Virus record (IMG/VR): IMGVR_UViG_3300042691_041392 | Source: a virus | Length of the DNA: 64,000 nucleotides | Reading direction: 5' to 3' (one strand) | Shown: piece by piece, positions 11,018 through 19,189 of the stretch | Layout of the letters: every line of letters starts with the position of its first letter | Position numbering within the stretch: position 1 is the first letter of the stretch | The notes under the pieces: generated by a model | What the model was told of the DNA's origin: nothing | Database searches by the model: none | Seen by the model: only the letters and a program-made list of their open reading frames with translations | Program-made: the position numbers and the translations under genes

Positions 11018-11903
11018 AAATGGTAAAAATGATGGATTAAAACAAGGTAGACTACAAGGTGCTAAAACTGGTTTTGGTTTTTCTAGAATGGAAAGTGGTT
11101 TAAAGAAAGGTGTTGTAAGTGAATCTGGAATGCACAATAAAATACAAGATCCGACTTTACTTCAAGGTAGTAAAAAACCGAGTTCTTTTTGGTTGGCTGA
11201 TTACGCAACTGCCACCGGAGCAGGAGCTACAATAACCGCTTTATCAGAATTGATATCAGGAGCAACCGCCTTTACTATATTATCATCACCCGCATATCAA
11301 CCACCATATTCAGGTAACGGTGGAGTTTATAATAATAAAGCTTATATTGATTTTAACTCAGGAGCCGATTTAATATACACAAGTTTATCAACAATGGGCT
11401 CTGGTAAAAATGAATTAACTTTGATGATGGTTGTTAGATTAAGTACTACATCAACAACAACTTTATTTTATAGTGTTGACTCAACAATTTCAACAACAGT
11501 AGGAGATATAAGAGTTGAATCAATTGGTGGTAATAAAATAAGAGTAACATTTATAGGAAATCCAACTTCAACATCATCTGTTTATGAGACATATGATTCG
11601 ACATTAGAGGGTAATAACTGGCATTTATTAACAGTGAAGTTTAGGTTATATCAACCTGGTGGTCAAGGATCGGAAATGGAGCTATGGTTAAATGGTAATT
11701 TGAATATGGCGCCAGTTACTACAACCTTTGGTGGATCTACATCAACATTTGTTGGTAACTCATACAATATAGGTAATAACTCATCACAAACGGCTGGTGG
11801 TTCAAATATGGCGGCTTTTTTAACATTGGATTATTGGGTAAATTCATCTGAACAGATGAGATTAGAAAACTTTTTTAGATGGTATTATGGTAGGAGATTT
11901 TAG
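11010..11903 (+). CDS. LamG/concanavalin-A-like lectin domain protein, putative receptor-binding protein
   Basis: NNWHLLTV...LWLNGNL...IGN pattern; ATG at 11010 chosen as start. Confidence 0.55.
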   Translation: MGRNGKNDGLKQGRLQGAKTGFGFSRMESGLKKGVVSESGMHNKIQDPTLLQGSKKPSSFWLADYATATGAGATITALSELISGATAFTILSSPAYQPPYSGNGGVYNNKAYIDFNSGADLIYTSLSTMGSGKNELTLMMVVRLSTTSTTTLFYSVDSTISTTVGDIRVESIGGNKIRVTFIGNPTSTSSVYETYDSTLEGNNWHLLTVKFRLYQPGGQGSEMELWLNGNLNMAPVTTTFGGSTSTFVGNSYNIGNNSSQTAGGSNMAAFLTLDYWVNSSEQMRLENFFRWYYGRRF

Positions 11904-12102
11904 TGTTAATAGACCGAGTTTTGATCCAGAAACTCAAAAATTAGTTCTTAAGCAAGAATATATTGGAATTGGTGAAGTTCGTAGATTTTCAGGAACAATT
12001 CTTATAATATTTGATACGAACGTAGCAACTGAAGATATGTATCCGTATTATTTCTATAATGGTTTAGATTCAATATTTGATGTTGTTCCAATTAATCAAT
12101 AA
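11887..12102 (+). CDS. Hypothetical protein
   Basis: 71-aa ORF overlapping the end of the previous gene in the operon. Confidence 0.5.
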   Translation: MVGDFSVNRPSFDPETQKLVLKQEYIGIGEVRRFSGTILIIFDTNVATEDMYPYYFYNGLDSIFDVVPINQ

Positions 12103-12130
12103 ATAAGTTTTTATTTTTAATATATAATTT

Positions 12131-12901
12131 ATGAAGAAATATTTTGAATTTGTTCAAAGTGATTTTGAACCCATTAAATCTTTTTACATCAAAGATGAGT
12201 TAAATCCTAAAGTTTGGAGTGATAATAAAATTGATCCAGAAATCAGAGAAAACTTGTTGAAAATAGCTGAAGATTTTTATAATAGTACAGATTTAAATGT
12301 TGATGTTAAAGATATAATACTAACTGGTTCTTTAGCTAATTACAATTGGTCTGAAAAATATTCAGATTATGATTTACACATATTAATCGACTTCGATGAT
12401 GTTGATGATAATGTTGAATTAGTTAAAAAGTATGTTGATTCAGCAAAAAAGAATTGGAATGACGAACATGATATAAAAATAAAGGGATATGAAGTTGAGG
12501 TTTATATACAAGATATTGATGAACCACACAAATCAACAGGTGTATTCTCATTATTGAAAGATAAGTGGAATGTTAGACCGGAGAAAGTAAAATTTGAACC
12601 AGATGAGGAGTATCTAAGAGAAAAGTCTAAATCTATTATGATGATGGTTGATGATTTAGAATCTCAAATCAATGAAGATAAGTATGATAAATTCAATGAG
12701 AAGCTAACAAAGGTTTGGAATAAAGTTAAGAACCTAAGAAAAAGTGGATTAGAAGAAAGTGGTGAATTATCTTTAGGTAATTTATTGTTCAAATTGTTAA
12801 GAAGGAATGGATATATCGGAAAGATTATTGATATGAAGATCAAATCATATGATAAACAATTCGAGTCTATTAAAAATAATTATGGTGATGATGAATATTA
12901 A
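12131..12901 (+). CDS. Pol-beta superfamily nucleotidyltransferase
   Basis: TGSLANYNW...SDYDLHI (GS...DxD) and EVEVYIQD; late motif 12118-12126. Confidence 0.75.
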   Translation: MKKYFEFVQSDFEPIKSFYIKDELNPKVWSDNKIDPEIRENLLKIAEDFYNSTDLNVDVKDIILTGSLANYNWSEKYSDYDLHILIDFDDVDDNVELVKKYVDSAKKNWNDEHDIKIKGYEVEVYIQDIDEPHKSTGVFSLLKDKWNVRPEKVKFEPDEEYLREKSKSIMMMVDDLESQINEDKYDKFNEKLTKVWNKVKNLRKSGLEESGELSLGNLLFKLLRRNGYIGKIIDMKIKSYDKQFESIKNNYGDDEY

Positions 12902-13589
12902 GATATCTGAAATAGAAAATATGTTTAAAGAAATCTTCAGTGAAGAAGATGGTAAAGTTTCATCAGTTGAAACAGTTTATGAAACTCCAGATGATGGAGA
13001 TTTTCTTAAATTGATTATTTCTTTACATGGATTAAATACCGAAAACTCCACTATAATACACACTAAATTTATATTTAAAGTTGATGCTGGTAAAAGACAT
13101 TTAATTGATAATTCATTTATTTATCTTTATGATATAAACTGTATTTATCACAAAATTGATTTTGATAATGTTATAGATCTTCAAGAAAAAATAGAAGATG
13201 TTGTTGACTCAAATGACTTTGGTGAAGATATTCAGATTTTATCTGACTTTATTGAAGCACCTGCAATGTTCTTAAACTATTACATGAAAAGAGCAAAGAT
13301 AACAGATTATTCTATTTTTGATGTTGAATATAGTCCTAAGTTTAAAACAACTCCTTGTGATCAAACAAAATTTGATTTTAAAGTGAATATAAATAATAAC
13401 TACTTTATTGAAATGTCTATTTGGAAAATTGAGGCTAATGATAAAGAAGATGTTGATAAGTATAAAATGCAGTTTCGTTTTATGGATGAAATTAAAACTG
13501 TTGAAACTGATACCTTAAATAATATACACTATTTCATAGGTTCTAATATAGCTAAATTATTAGACAGAAAACTAAAAAATAAAGATTAA
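12888..13589 (+). CDS. Hypothetical protein
   Basis: Long ORF; start chosen among ATGs at 12882, 12888 and 12891. Confidence 0.6.
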   Translation: MMNIKISEIENMFKEIFSEEDGKVSSVETVYETPDDGDFLKLIISLHGLNTENSTIIHTKFIFKVDAGKRHLIDNSFIYLYDINCIYHKIDFDNVIDLQEKIEDVVDSNDFGEDIQILSDFIEAPAMFLNYYMKRAKITDYSIFDVEYSPKFKTTPCDQTKFDFKVNINNNYFIEMSIWKIEANDKEDVDKYKMQFRFMDEIKTVETDTLNNIHYFIGSNIAKLLDRKLKNKD

Positions 13590-13591
13590 TA

Positions 13592-13966
13592 ATGACTTAT
13601 AAAGATAATCAACCAGTATTTAACGTAAATAGAAAAGTTGCTAATTTTAAAGACTTTGCTCAAGATAAAGAAAAATTAGCTAAAGCTGATTTACAAAGAA
13701 AACCTAATTCAGAAGACCAACAACATATTGGTAATAAAAGAACTGAATATAATACAGTTACTCATAAATTAACTGATTATTCAGATGATGAAATTAAAGA
13801 TAGATTGGATTCAATGGATAATTTAGAAGAGTCATTATCTAGTGAATATAAAGATTTGGTTAAAAAGATTAAAAAACTTAAATGTATGGGAACTATCGCA
13901 GAGGGTGTTGGTTATGAATACGCAAAAAAAGATATAATAGAATTAATAAGAAAAGATTTTAAATAA
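13592..13966 (+). CDS. Hypothetical protein
   Basis: 124-aa ORF in operon. Confidence 0.6.
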   Translation: MTYKDNQPVFNVNRKVANFKDFAQDKEKLAKADLQRKPNSEDQQHIGNKRTEYNTVTHKLTDYSDDEIKDRLDSMDNLEESLSSEYKDLVKKIKKLKCMGTIAEGVGYEYAKKDIIELIRKDFK

Positions 13967-13969
13967 TCT

Positions 13970-14377
13970 ATGAAATATATTAAATTATTTGAAAGTTTTG
14001 GAAGTAGAGACTTTAAATCTGATATAGATCATATTAAAATGATCATGTCTGATATTGAAGATGATGGTATTGACTTTAGAGTTATACCAAATGAAAGAGC
14101 TTTTGATGATGAAAAAGATTATATCTATATAAAAATATACAATATACCATTTTATTTACCTAATAAATTAGATTATTTTGATAGAAAATATAAACAATTA
14201 ATTGGTGAAATAGGTGATTTATATCATCTTGATAAAATAAGAGCCAAATCTTCTCTTGGATTAATAAGATCATTTAATTCTCATGACGAATATTATAAAT
14301 GGTGTAGAGGTAAAAAACAGAGTATATCAGAATTAGACTTTGAATTCTCAAGTCATGATGGAAAAGAAGTTTTTTAA
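13970..14377 (+). CDS. Hypothetical protein with MKYIKLFESF N-terminus
   Basis: 135-aa ORF with the shared N-terminal motif. Confidence 0.6.
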   Translation: MKYIKLFESFGSRDFKSDIDHIKMIMSDIEDDGIDFRVIPNERAFDDEKDYIYIKIYNIPFYLPNKLDYFDRKYKQLIGEIGDLYHLDKIRAKSSLGLIRSFNSHDEYYKWCRGKKQSISELDFEFSSHDGKEVF

Positions 14378-14392
14378 AATAATATATACTAA

Positions 14393-14860
14393 ATGAAATA
14401 TTTAAAGTTATTTGAAGCATTTGAGTCTAATATAATGTCTAAGACTCTAAAGTATTTATCAAAAGATGGTAAGGAAAGATTTTTTCAACTAATGAAAGCA
14501 TTTAGTGAAAAATATGATTATCCTTTCTCAAAATTAAATGATGATTTTTTCGAGTATTTACCGTACGCATCAGCACTTAAAAAGTATATAAGTTCTGTAG
14601 CAAAAACAGTAGATTGTAAAGCTAAATCAGAAGAATTATTAGATAGTGACGTTGCTGTACCAGGTGACGTTTGTACTGGTGGTAAAATAAAAAGAAAATG
14701 GGGTGAAGGATCAAGAAGTGTTGAATGTACAAAATGTAATGGTACGGGAAAAATTACTGTTGATGAAGCTCCAGAATTACCAGATGGTTATGAACTAACT
14801 AAAATATGGTTAGATGATGAAGGTAATATTGTTGATATTACTTACACAGTCTTTTACTGA
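14393..14860 (+). CDS. Hypothetical protein with DnaJ-like Zn finger and MKYLKLFEAF N-terminus
   Basis: C...CTGGK...CTKCNGTG; late motif 14380-14388. Confidence 0.6.
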   Translation: MKYLKLFEAFESNIMSKTLKYLSKDGKERFFQLMKAFSEKYDYPFSKLNDDFFEYLPYASALKKYISSVAKTVDCKAKSEELLDSDVAVPGDVCTGGKIKRKWGEGSRSVECTKCNGTGKITVDEAPELPDGYELTKIWLDDEGNIVDITYTVFY

Positions 14861-14870
14861 AAATGAGACT

Positions 14871-15191
14871 ATGAATAAACAAATACAATCTTTTATTGAT
14901 AATGCTGAAATAAAATGGAATGATAAATTAGTATTGAAAAAAATGATTGAATTGAGTAATGAAGTTTATGAGAAAATTAAATCATTTGGTAAACTAAATG
15001 ACTTATCCGACGTTGAATTGGTCTTACAAAAAATTAAATCTATATTAAGTTTATTTAAGAATACAAGATGGGAGTTTTGTAGATTAGGTTACACTGATAT
15101 AGCTTCTTATAAAAAGAAATTAGATGACGCTCAAAAAGATAAAGTTCTACAAAGTTTAGAAGAATTAAAGAAAACATTAAATAGAATATAA
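14871..15191 (+). CDS. Hypothetical protein
   Basis: ATG at 14871 (MNKQIQSF...) avoids the overlap in the 14814 call. Confidence 0.5.
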   Translation: MNKQIQSFIDNAEIKWNDKLVLKKMIELSNEVYEKIKSFGKLNDLSDVELVLQKIKSILSLFKNTRWEFCRLGYTDIASYKKKLDDAQKDKVLQSLEELKKTLNRI

Positions 15192-15194
15192 AAT

Positions 15195-15225
15195 AAAAAC
15201 CTCTTATTAAATAAGAGGTTTTTTT
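15195..15225. terminator. Bidirectional intrinsic terminator
   Basis: AAAAACCTCTTAT-taa-ATAAGAGGTTTTT. Confidence 0.8.
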
Positions 15226-15553
15226 ATAATAGTTTGTTTAATTTTAAGTCTCTATAAACACGTTTGGTTATATTACCAAGTGATATATCAGAAAATCCAA
15301 TTGGGTCTACCATATCGTCTAAAATCGTCTTATATTTGTTATACCACTCATAAAATATATCACAACTCATTATAATTATTTCAGCGAAAGATATATTTGT
15401 GATAAAATCATCATATTGACAAACTAAGACATTACAATCATGACCAAAACTACTATTAGTGTGATAAAAAGGATAATTTATTGTAACACACATATTCCAA
15501 TCTAATGTTACAATAAAACCCATTTTATGTATTCTATCTAACTCATCAATCAT
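15224..15553 (-). CDS. Hypothetical protein with C-terminal RDxK tag
   Basis: Ends RDLKLNKLL. Confidence 0.6.
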   Translation of the reverse strand: MIDELDRIHKMGFIVTLDWNMCVTINYPFYHTNSSFGHDCNVLVCQYDDFITNISFAEIIIMSCDIFYEWYNKYKTILDDMVDPIGFSDISLGNITKRVYRDLKLNKLL

Positions 15554-15767
15554 TTAAAATCTTTTTAATTTTAAAATCTCTTTTATCAGATTTTTCAAGA
15601 GGTTCTAAGTAGATTTCACCATCTGAAATCCTAACCTCCCATTTACCTCCAGTTTTATCATCTAATAAAACTAGTTTCTTAACTATTACATTTCCATCTG
15701 GATCAACTAAAATTGATGAATCTCCATTTGGAGTGTTTATTTCAAATCTATTTGGTTTAATTGCCAT
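15546..15767 (-). CDS. Hypothetical protein with C-terminal RDxK tag
   Basis: Ends RDFKIKKILND. Confidence 0.6.
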   Translation of the reverse strand: MAIKPNRFEINTPNGDSSILVDPDGNVIVKKLVLLDDKTGGKWEVRISDGEIYLEPLEKSDKRDFKIKKILND

Positions 15768-16461
15768 TTAAAAGTTTATCTATTTTTTCGTCTCTCATTT
15801 GAGATAATAGAATTAGTGATGATTTTTGAAACTCATCATCTATAACATAAACTACTTCATTATCACTTATTTCAAAATAAAAATCATAACTAATAATTAT
15901 TTTTGGTTGAAAAGTTGCTTCACTACGAACTTCATATTGAAAATTATTTATGTTAAATCGTATATCATTAAATAAATAAATCATTTCATCATCCCACCTA
16001 AGATATGGATCAACATAAACTTCAAAATCTAAATACTTACCAACTGGATAAATATAACCATTTGTATTCAATGTGTTTTTAGATAATTTGAAATTAAAAA
16101 AATGAAAAGATGATGAGTCTTGTAACTCAGCTGACAATCTAGCACAACTAACTAAATTTTTATACTTATATTTTGATAAATATAAGCTAGTTATGTTTAA
16201 TTTTTCATAATAACCAATATTTCTCAAATCGATAAAACCTTTATTATATTTCATCTCTTTGAATATATACTTAATTAAAGTTCTTAAAATCTCATATTTA
16301 ATCTGACTAATAAATTTATCTATATATTCATCAGTCATTGGAACTGAAACTGAAATACTCACACTATTTTTATTAGACGTTATTTTATCATCTAAAATTA
16401 AAAAGTCTTTGTTTTCAAAACTTAAAGATTTGATTATATTTTCTATTAAATCACTATACAT
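15757..16461 (-). CDS. Truncated, divergent paralog of the major capsid protein with C-terminal RDxK tag
   Basis: LSAELQD...LNTNGYIYPVG...VYVDPYLRWDD...SEATFQP aligns with MCP LAAALQD...LNGQGQLYPVG...IYVDPYMKYND...SEATFAP; ends RDEKIDKLLNGN. Confidence 0.75.
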   Translation of the reverse strand: MYSDLIENIIKSLSFENKDFLILDDKITSNKNSVSISVSVPMTDEYIDKFISQIKYEILRTLIKYIFKEMKYNKGFIDLRNIGYYEKLNITSLYLSKYKYKNLVSCARLSAELQDSSSFHFFNFKLSKNTLNTNGYIYPVGKYLDFEVYVDPYLRWDDEMIYLFNDIRFNINNFQYEVRSEATFQPKIIISYDFYFEISDNEVVYVIDDEFQKSSLILLSQMRDEKIDKLLNGN

Positions 16462-16463
16462 AA

Positions 16464-17417
16464 TTAATTTATCTTTTCACCAGTTTCGGGATTATAATTA
16501 AGAATTAAAATCTCAACACCCTTTTCTTGTTCTTTTTTAGTATCAGAATTATTACCACCTTGTGCGGAACTTCTAAATACTTCTTTCTCAAACCACATAT
16601 ATTTATCTCTTGGTAACAATTCTTCTAATAAAGGGAAATAATAATATGATAAAGACCAACGAGACTTTGACTTTTTAATCAACTCTAATAATCTTCTATG
16701 AGAAGCTGGTCCAAATACACCATCACTATCAGCACCATACCAAAACAACCTTTTAGCATCATCATCACCTTTACCTTCATTAAATCTCGCATATGGTGGA
16801 TCTAAATAGATATAAGTATCATCTGAGTCATATTTTGTAATAAGATCTTCAAAATCAATGTTAGTAAACTCTTTAATAGATTGTAGTTTCTCTGTATATT
16901 TATTCTTCTTTAATTTATCAATAAGAACTTCTAACTTTAATTTATCTTTATCTTTTTTATAACCATTGAATCCAGCACCTCGTGGATAAACTGAATTGTG
17001 AGCTGATGTAATTAAGAATGCGTAAATAGCAGCTTTTTCAAAATCACCAATCTCAAAATTCATATTATCTAAGAATTCATTTTTTTGATATTCTTTATAA
17101 ATGCCTTTATAGAAGTCCCATTTCTTTAAAGCTTCTGTTTCGTTTGTTTTTAAGAGAGTATTTTTTAGATTTTCTAAATAAGGTAGAAACTCTTGAGGTT
17201 TTGAACAACAATAATATAAATTAACTTGATGTCTATTTTTATCATTGTAAATGACAGTATCAACTTTTAATGTATCATCATCTAAATAGGTTCCCATAGA
17301 TCCACTAAATGGTTCTAAATAAGTTTTTATACTACCATCTTTAGGTATTTTTTTATTTATAAATTCGTGGAAAACATTTGAACTCTTGCCACCGAAATAT
17401 GATATCATCGCACACAT
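16464..17417 (-). CDS. DNA adenine methyltransferase, Dam/D12 class
   Basis: ISYFGGK, YLEPFSG, IYND and YLDPPY motifs. Confidence 0.85.
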   Translation of the reverse strand: MCAMISYFGGKSSNVFHEFINKKIPKDGSIKTYLEPFSGSMGTYLDDDTLKVDTVIYNDKNRHQVNLYYCCSKPQEFLPYLENLKNTLLKTNETEALKKWDFYKGIYKEYQKNEFLDNMNFEIGDFEKAAIYAFLITSAHNSVYPRGAGFNGYKKDKDKLKLEVLIDKLKKNKYTEKLQSIKEFTNIDFEDLITKYDSDDTYIYLDPPYARFNEGKGDDDAKRLFWYGADSDGVFGPASHRRLLELIKKSKSRWSLSYYYFPLLEELLPRDKYMWFEKEVFRSSAQGGNNSDTKKEQEKGVEILILNYNPETGEKIN

Positions 17418-17445
17418 ATTACTTTTCTATTTTTTTAGTTATGAT

Positions 17446-17471
17446 TTATAATCATTTTTATTAAAAAGTTT
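17446..17471 (-). promoter_or_regulatory. Putative middle promoter AAACT-N16-TATAA
   Basis: Same spacing recurs before several non-structural genes (see findings). Confidence 0.5.
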
Positions 17472-17527
17472 AAGGTAATCACTGGGATGATAAGTTTATT
17501 TATATATAAATAAAAATAATAAAATAT

Positions 17528-18169
17528 ATGATTATATACAAAATATCTAATATAATAAATGATAAGATCTATATAGGTCAGACAATAGAGACATTGGATA
17601 AGAGGTGGAGAAGACACACATGGAAGTCAACTATAAAAAGAAATGTAATGGCTATAACCAATGCGATTATAAAATATGGTGTGGAAAATTTCATGATAGA
17701 GGAAATTGATAGTGCTGAAAATATAGAGGAGTTAAATATGAAAGAGGAATATTACATAAAATATTATGATTGTATATCACCAAAGGGTTATAATATAAAA
17801 AATGGTGGTGATAATAAAAAATTATCAGAGGAGACTAAACTAAAAATTAGCATTTCGAATAAAGGTAAAAAAAGAACAAAGGAAACTATAAAAAAACTAT
17901 CAGATTCACACAAAGGATGGGTTCCATCAGAGGAAACAAAACAAAAATGGAGAGATGCGTTTGGTGGTAAAAAACCATCTGACAACACTATAAATGCAGC
18001 TATAGAAGCAAATCAGAAGGAATACACACTTTTAAATCCGGATGGTGAACTTATAACATTTATAAATATGGCAAAGTTTTGTAAGGAAAACAATTTATCA
18101 AATTCTAAATTGTGCTTAGTTGCTAGTGGTAAGATAAAATCGCATAAAGGTTGGACAAAACCTATTTAA
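17528..18169 (+). mobile_element. Free-standing GIY-YIG homing endonuclease with NUMOD3 repeats
   Basis: IIYKI...IYIGQT, E in NMKEEYYI, GYN, and SEETK repeats; inserted antisense between NADAR and the methylase. Confidence 0.85.
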
Positions 18170-18668
18170 AAAATTGTTCTAAACCAGTTTTCTTTTCAAT
18201 TCCTCTTAGTTCATCACGAACTTTCATAAGTATTTTACCAAGATGATTTTTACCTTTATTTCCACACTTTTCACAATAACATGACCCATAAAAATTGTCG
18301 TGCCAATAATTACCTTCGATTAGCTGAAGATCTTCTGTGTTTAATAGAAGTTCTGATAAATTATCATTTTTGAATTTTTCTCTAACACCCCAATTCATGA
18401 ACTCTAATTTCTTTTCATCCCAATCACTACGAACTTTTAACTTTTGACCAAGTTTTTTAACGTGACCTGGACTTGGTGTTTTCGCAATCATTTCTTTAAA
18501 GTCAGCAGGTGTGTAATAAATACCATTTATCATTTGATCATTTTTACATTTTTGTGCTACATAGAAATGTTCTACACTTGGATATTTAATTCCTTGATGT
18601 TCTATTTCAACTGGATAGAAATTGGATAGAAAATTCCATCTACCATCAAATCTATTTATATAACTCAT
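18162..18668 (-). CDS. NADAR family (YbiA-like) hydrolase
   Basis: FLSNFYP...YPSVEHFY.AQK...KF...LIEGNYWHDNFYG...GKNHLGKILMKVR. Confidence 0.9.
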   Translation of the reverse strand: MSYINRFDGRWNFLSNFYPVEIEHQGIKYPSVEHFYVAQKCKNDQMINGIYYTPADFKEMIAKTPSPGHVKKLGQKLKVRSDWDEKKLEFMNWGVREKFKNDNLSELLLNTEDLQLIEGNYWHDNFYGSCYCEKCGNKGKNHLGKILMKVRDELRGIEKKTGLEQFFK

Positions 18669-18681
18669 AGTATTTTATATG

Positions 18682-18709
18682 AAAAAACCCCACAATGTTG
18701 TGGGGTTTT
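18682..18709. terminator. Intrinsic terminator downstream of the tmRNA
   Basis: AAAACCCCACAA-tg-TTGTGGGGTTTT. Confidence 0.8.
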
Positions 18710-18715
18710 AATTTG

Positions 18716-19080
18716 TGGAGAAGACCCGGTACCGCCCCGGGTGTACTACTCAGATGACAACAATTAATCTTCACAGGTTTAGTAGAGTTTTTCTAAACTT
18801 ACAAAATAGTTAGTTGAACTGACCCATCACTCTAACAATTCTGGTTTCACATTTGGTCTGTGTGATACAGTTGGAGAATTTTTTCGATTAGTTTCTCTTA
18901 AACTAACTCTGGAGTGTTAACTCCAATTGCTTTTAGGGTCGCTACTAAATCTTCACGAGATCCTACTTCATTTGTGTTGCCATTTACGACAGTTATCGAT
19001 TAATTTATAAATCGGACATTCGACAACCCGATACCTGCATAATCACCACCAATCTGCTAGGCGAATCTAATGACTTCCCC
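18716..19080 (-). ncRNA. ssrA: tmRNA (one-piece); tag reading frame 18981-18898 encodes GNTNEVGSREDLVATLKAIGVNTPELV*
   Basis: 365 nt; 5' GGGGAAG pairs with 3' CUUCUCC-A including G3:U; GAUUCG D-loop-like segment; P2 helices CAGAU/AUCUG and GCAGGU/ACCUGU; T-arm ACCCGG-GGCGGUA-CCGGGU; UAAAU-GGC resume context; CCA not encoded. Confidence 0.88.
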
Positions 19081-19102
19081 ATATTGTTTGTAATTATTTC
19101 TA

Positions 19103-19134
19103 CAAATGTATATATAATATTTTAAATATACAAA
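19103..19134 (-). promoter_or_regulatory. Bacteroidota-type housekeeping sigma promoter for the tmRNA
   Basis: TTTG(19134-19131)-N20-TACATTTG(19110-19103). Confidence 0.65.
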
Positions 19135-19157
19135 AAAGTTGAAAATTTTATTAAAAA

Positions 19158-19183
19158 AAATAACTCACCAAAGTGAGTTATTT
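19158..19183. terminator. Intrinsic terminator after the peptidase
   Basis: AAATAACTCAC-caaa-GTGAGTTATTT. Confidence 0.7.
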
Positions 19184-19189
19184 AATATT

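Noticed and set aside
14814-14871. Possible programmed frameshift joining the 14393 and 14814 ORFs
   Set aside because: No canonical slippery heptamer; a non-overlapping ATG at 14871 explains the layout
18716-18760. tRNA gene or integration site
   Set aside because: The T-arm and acceptor strand pair with a 5' end about 360 nt away and there is no anticodon arm, so it is the tmRNA 3' end
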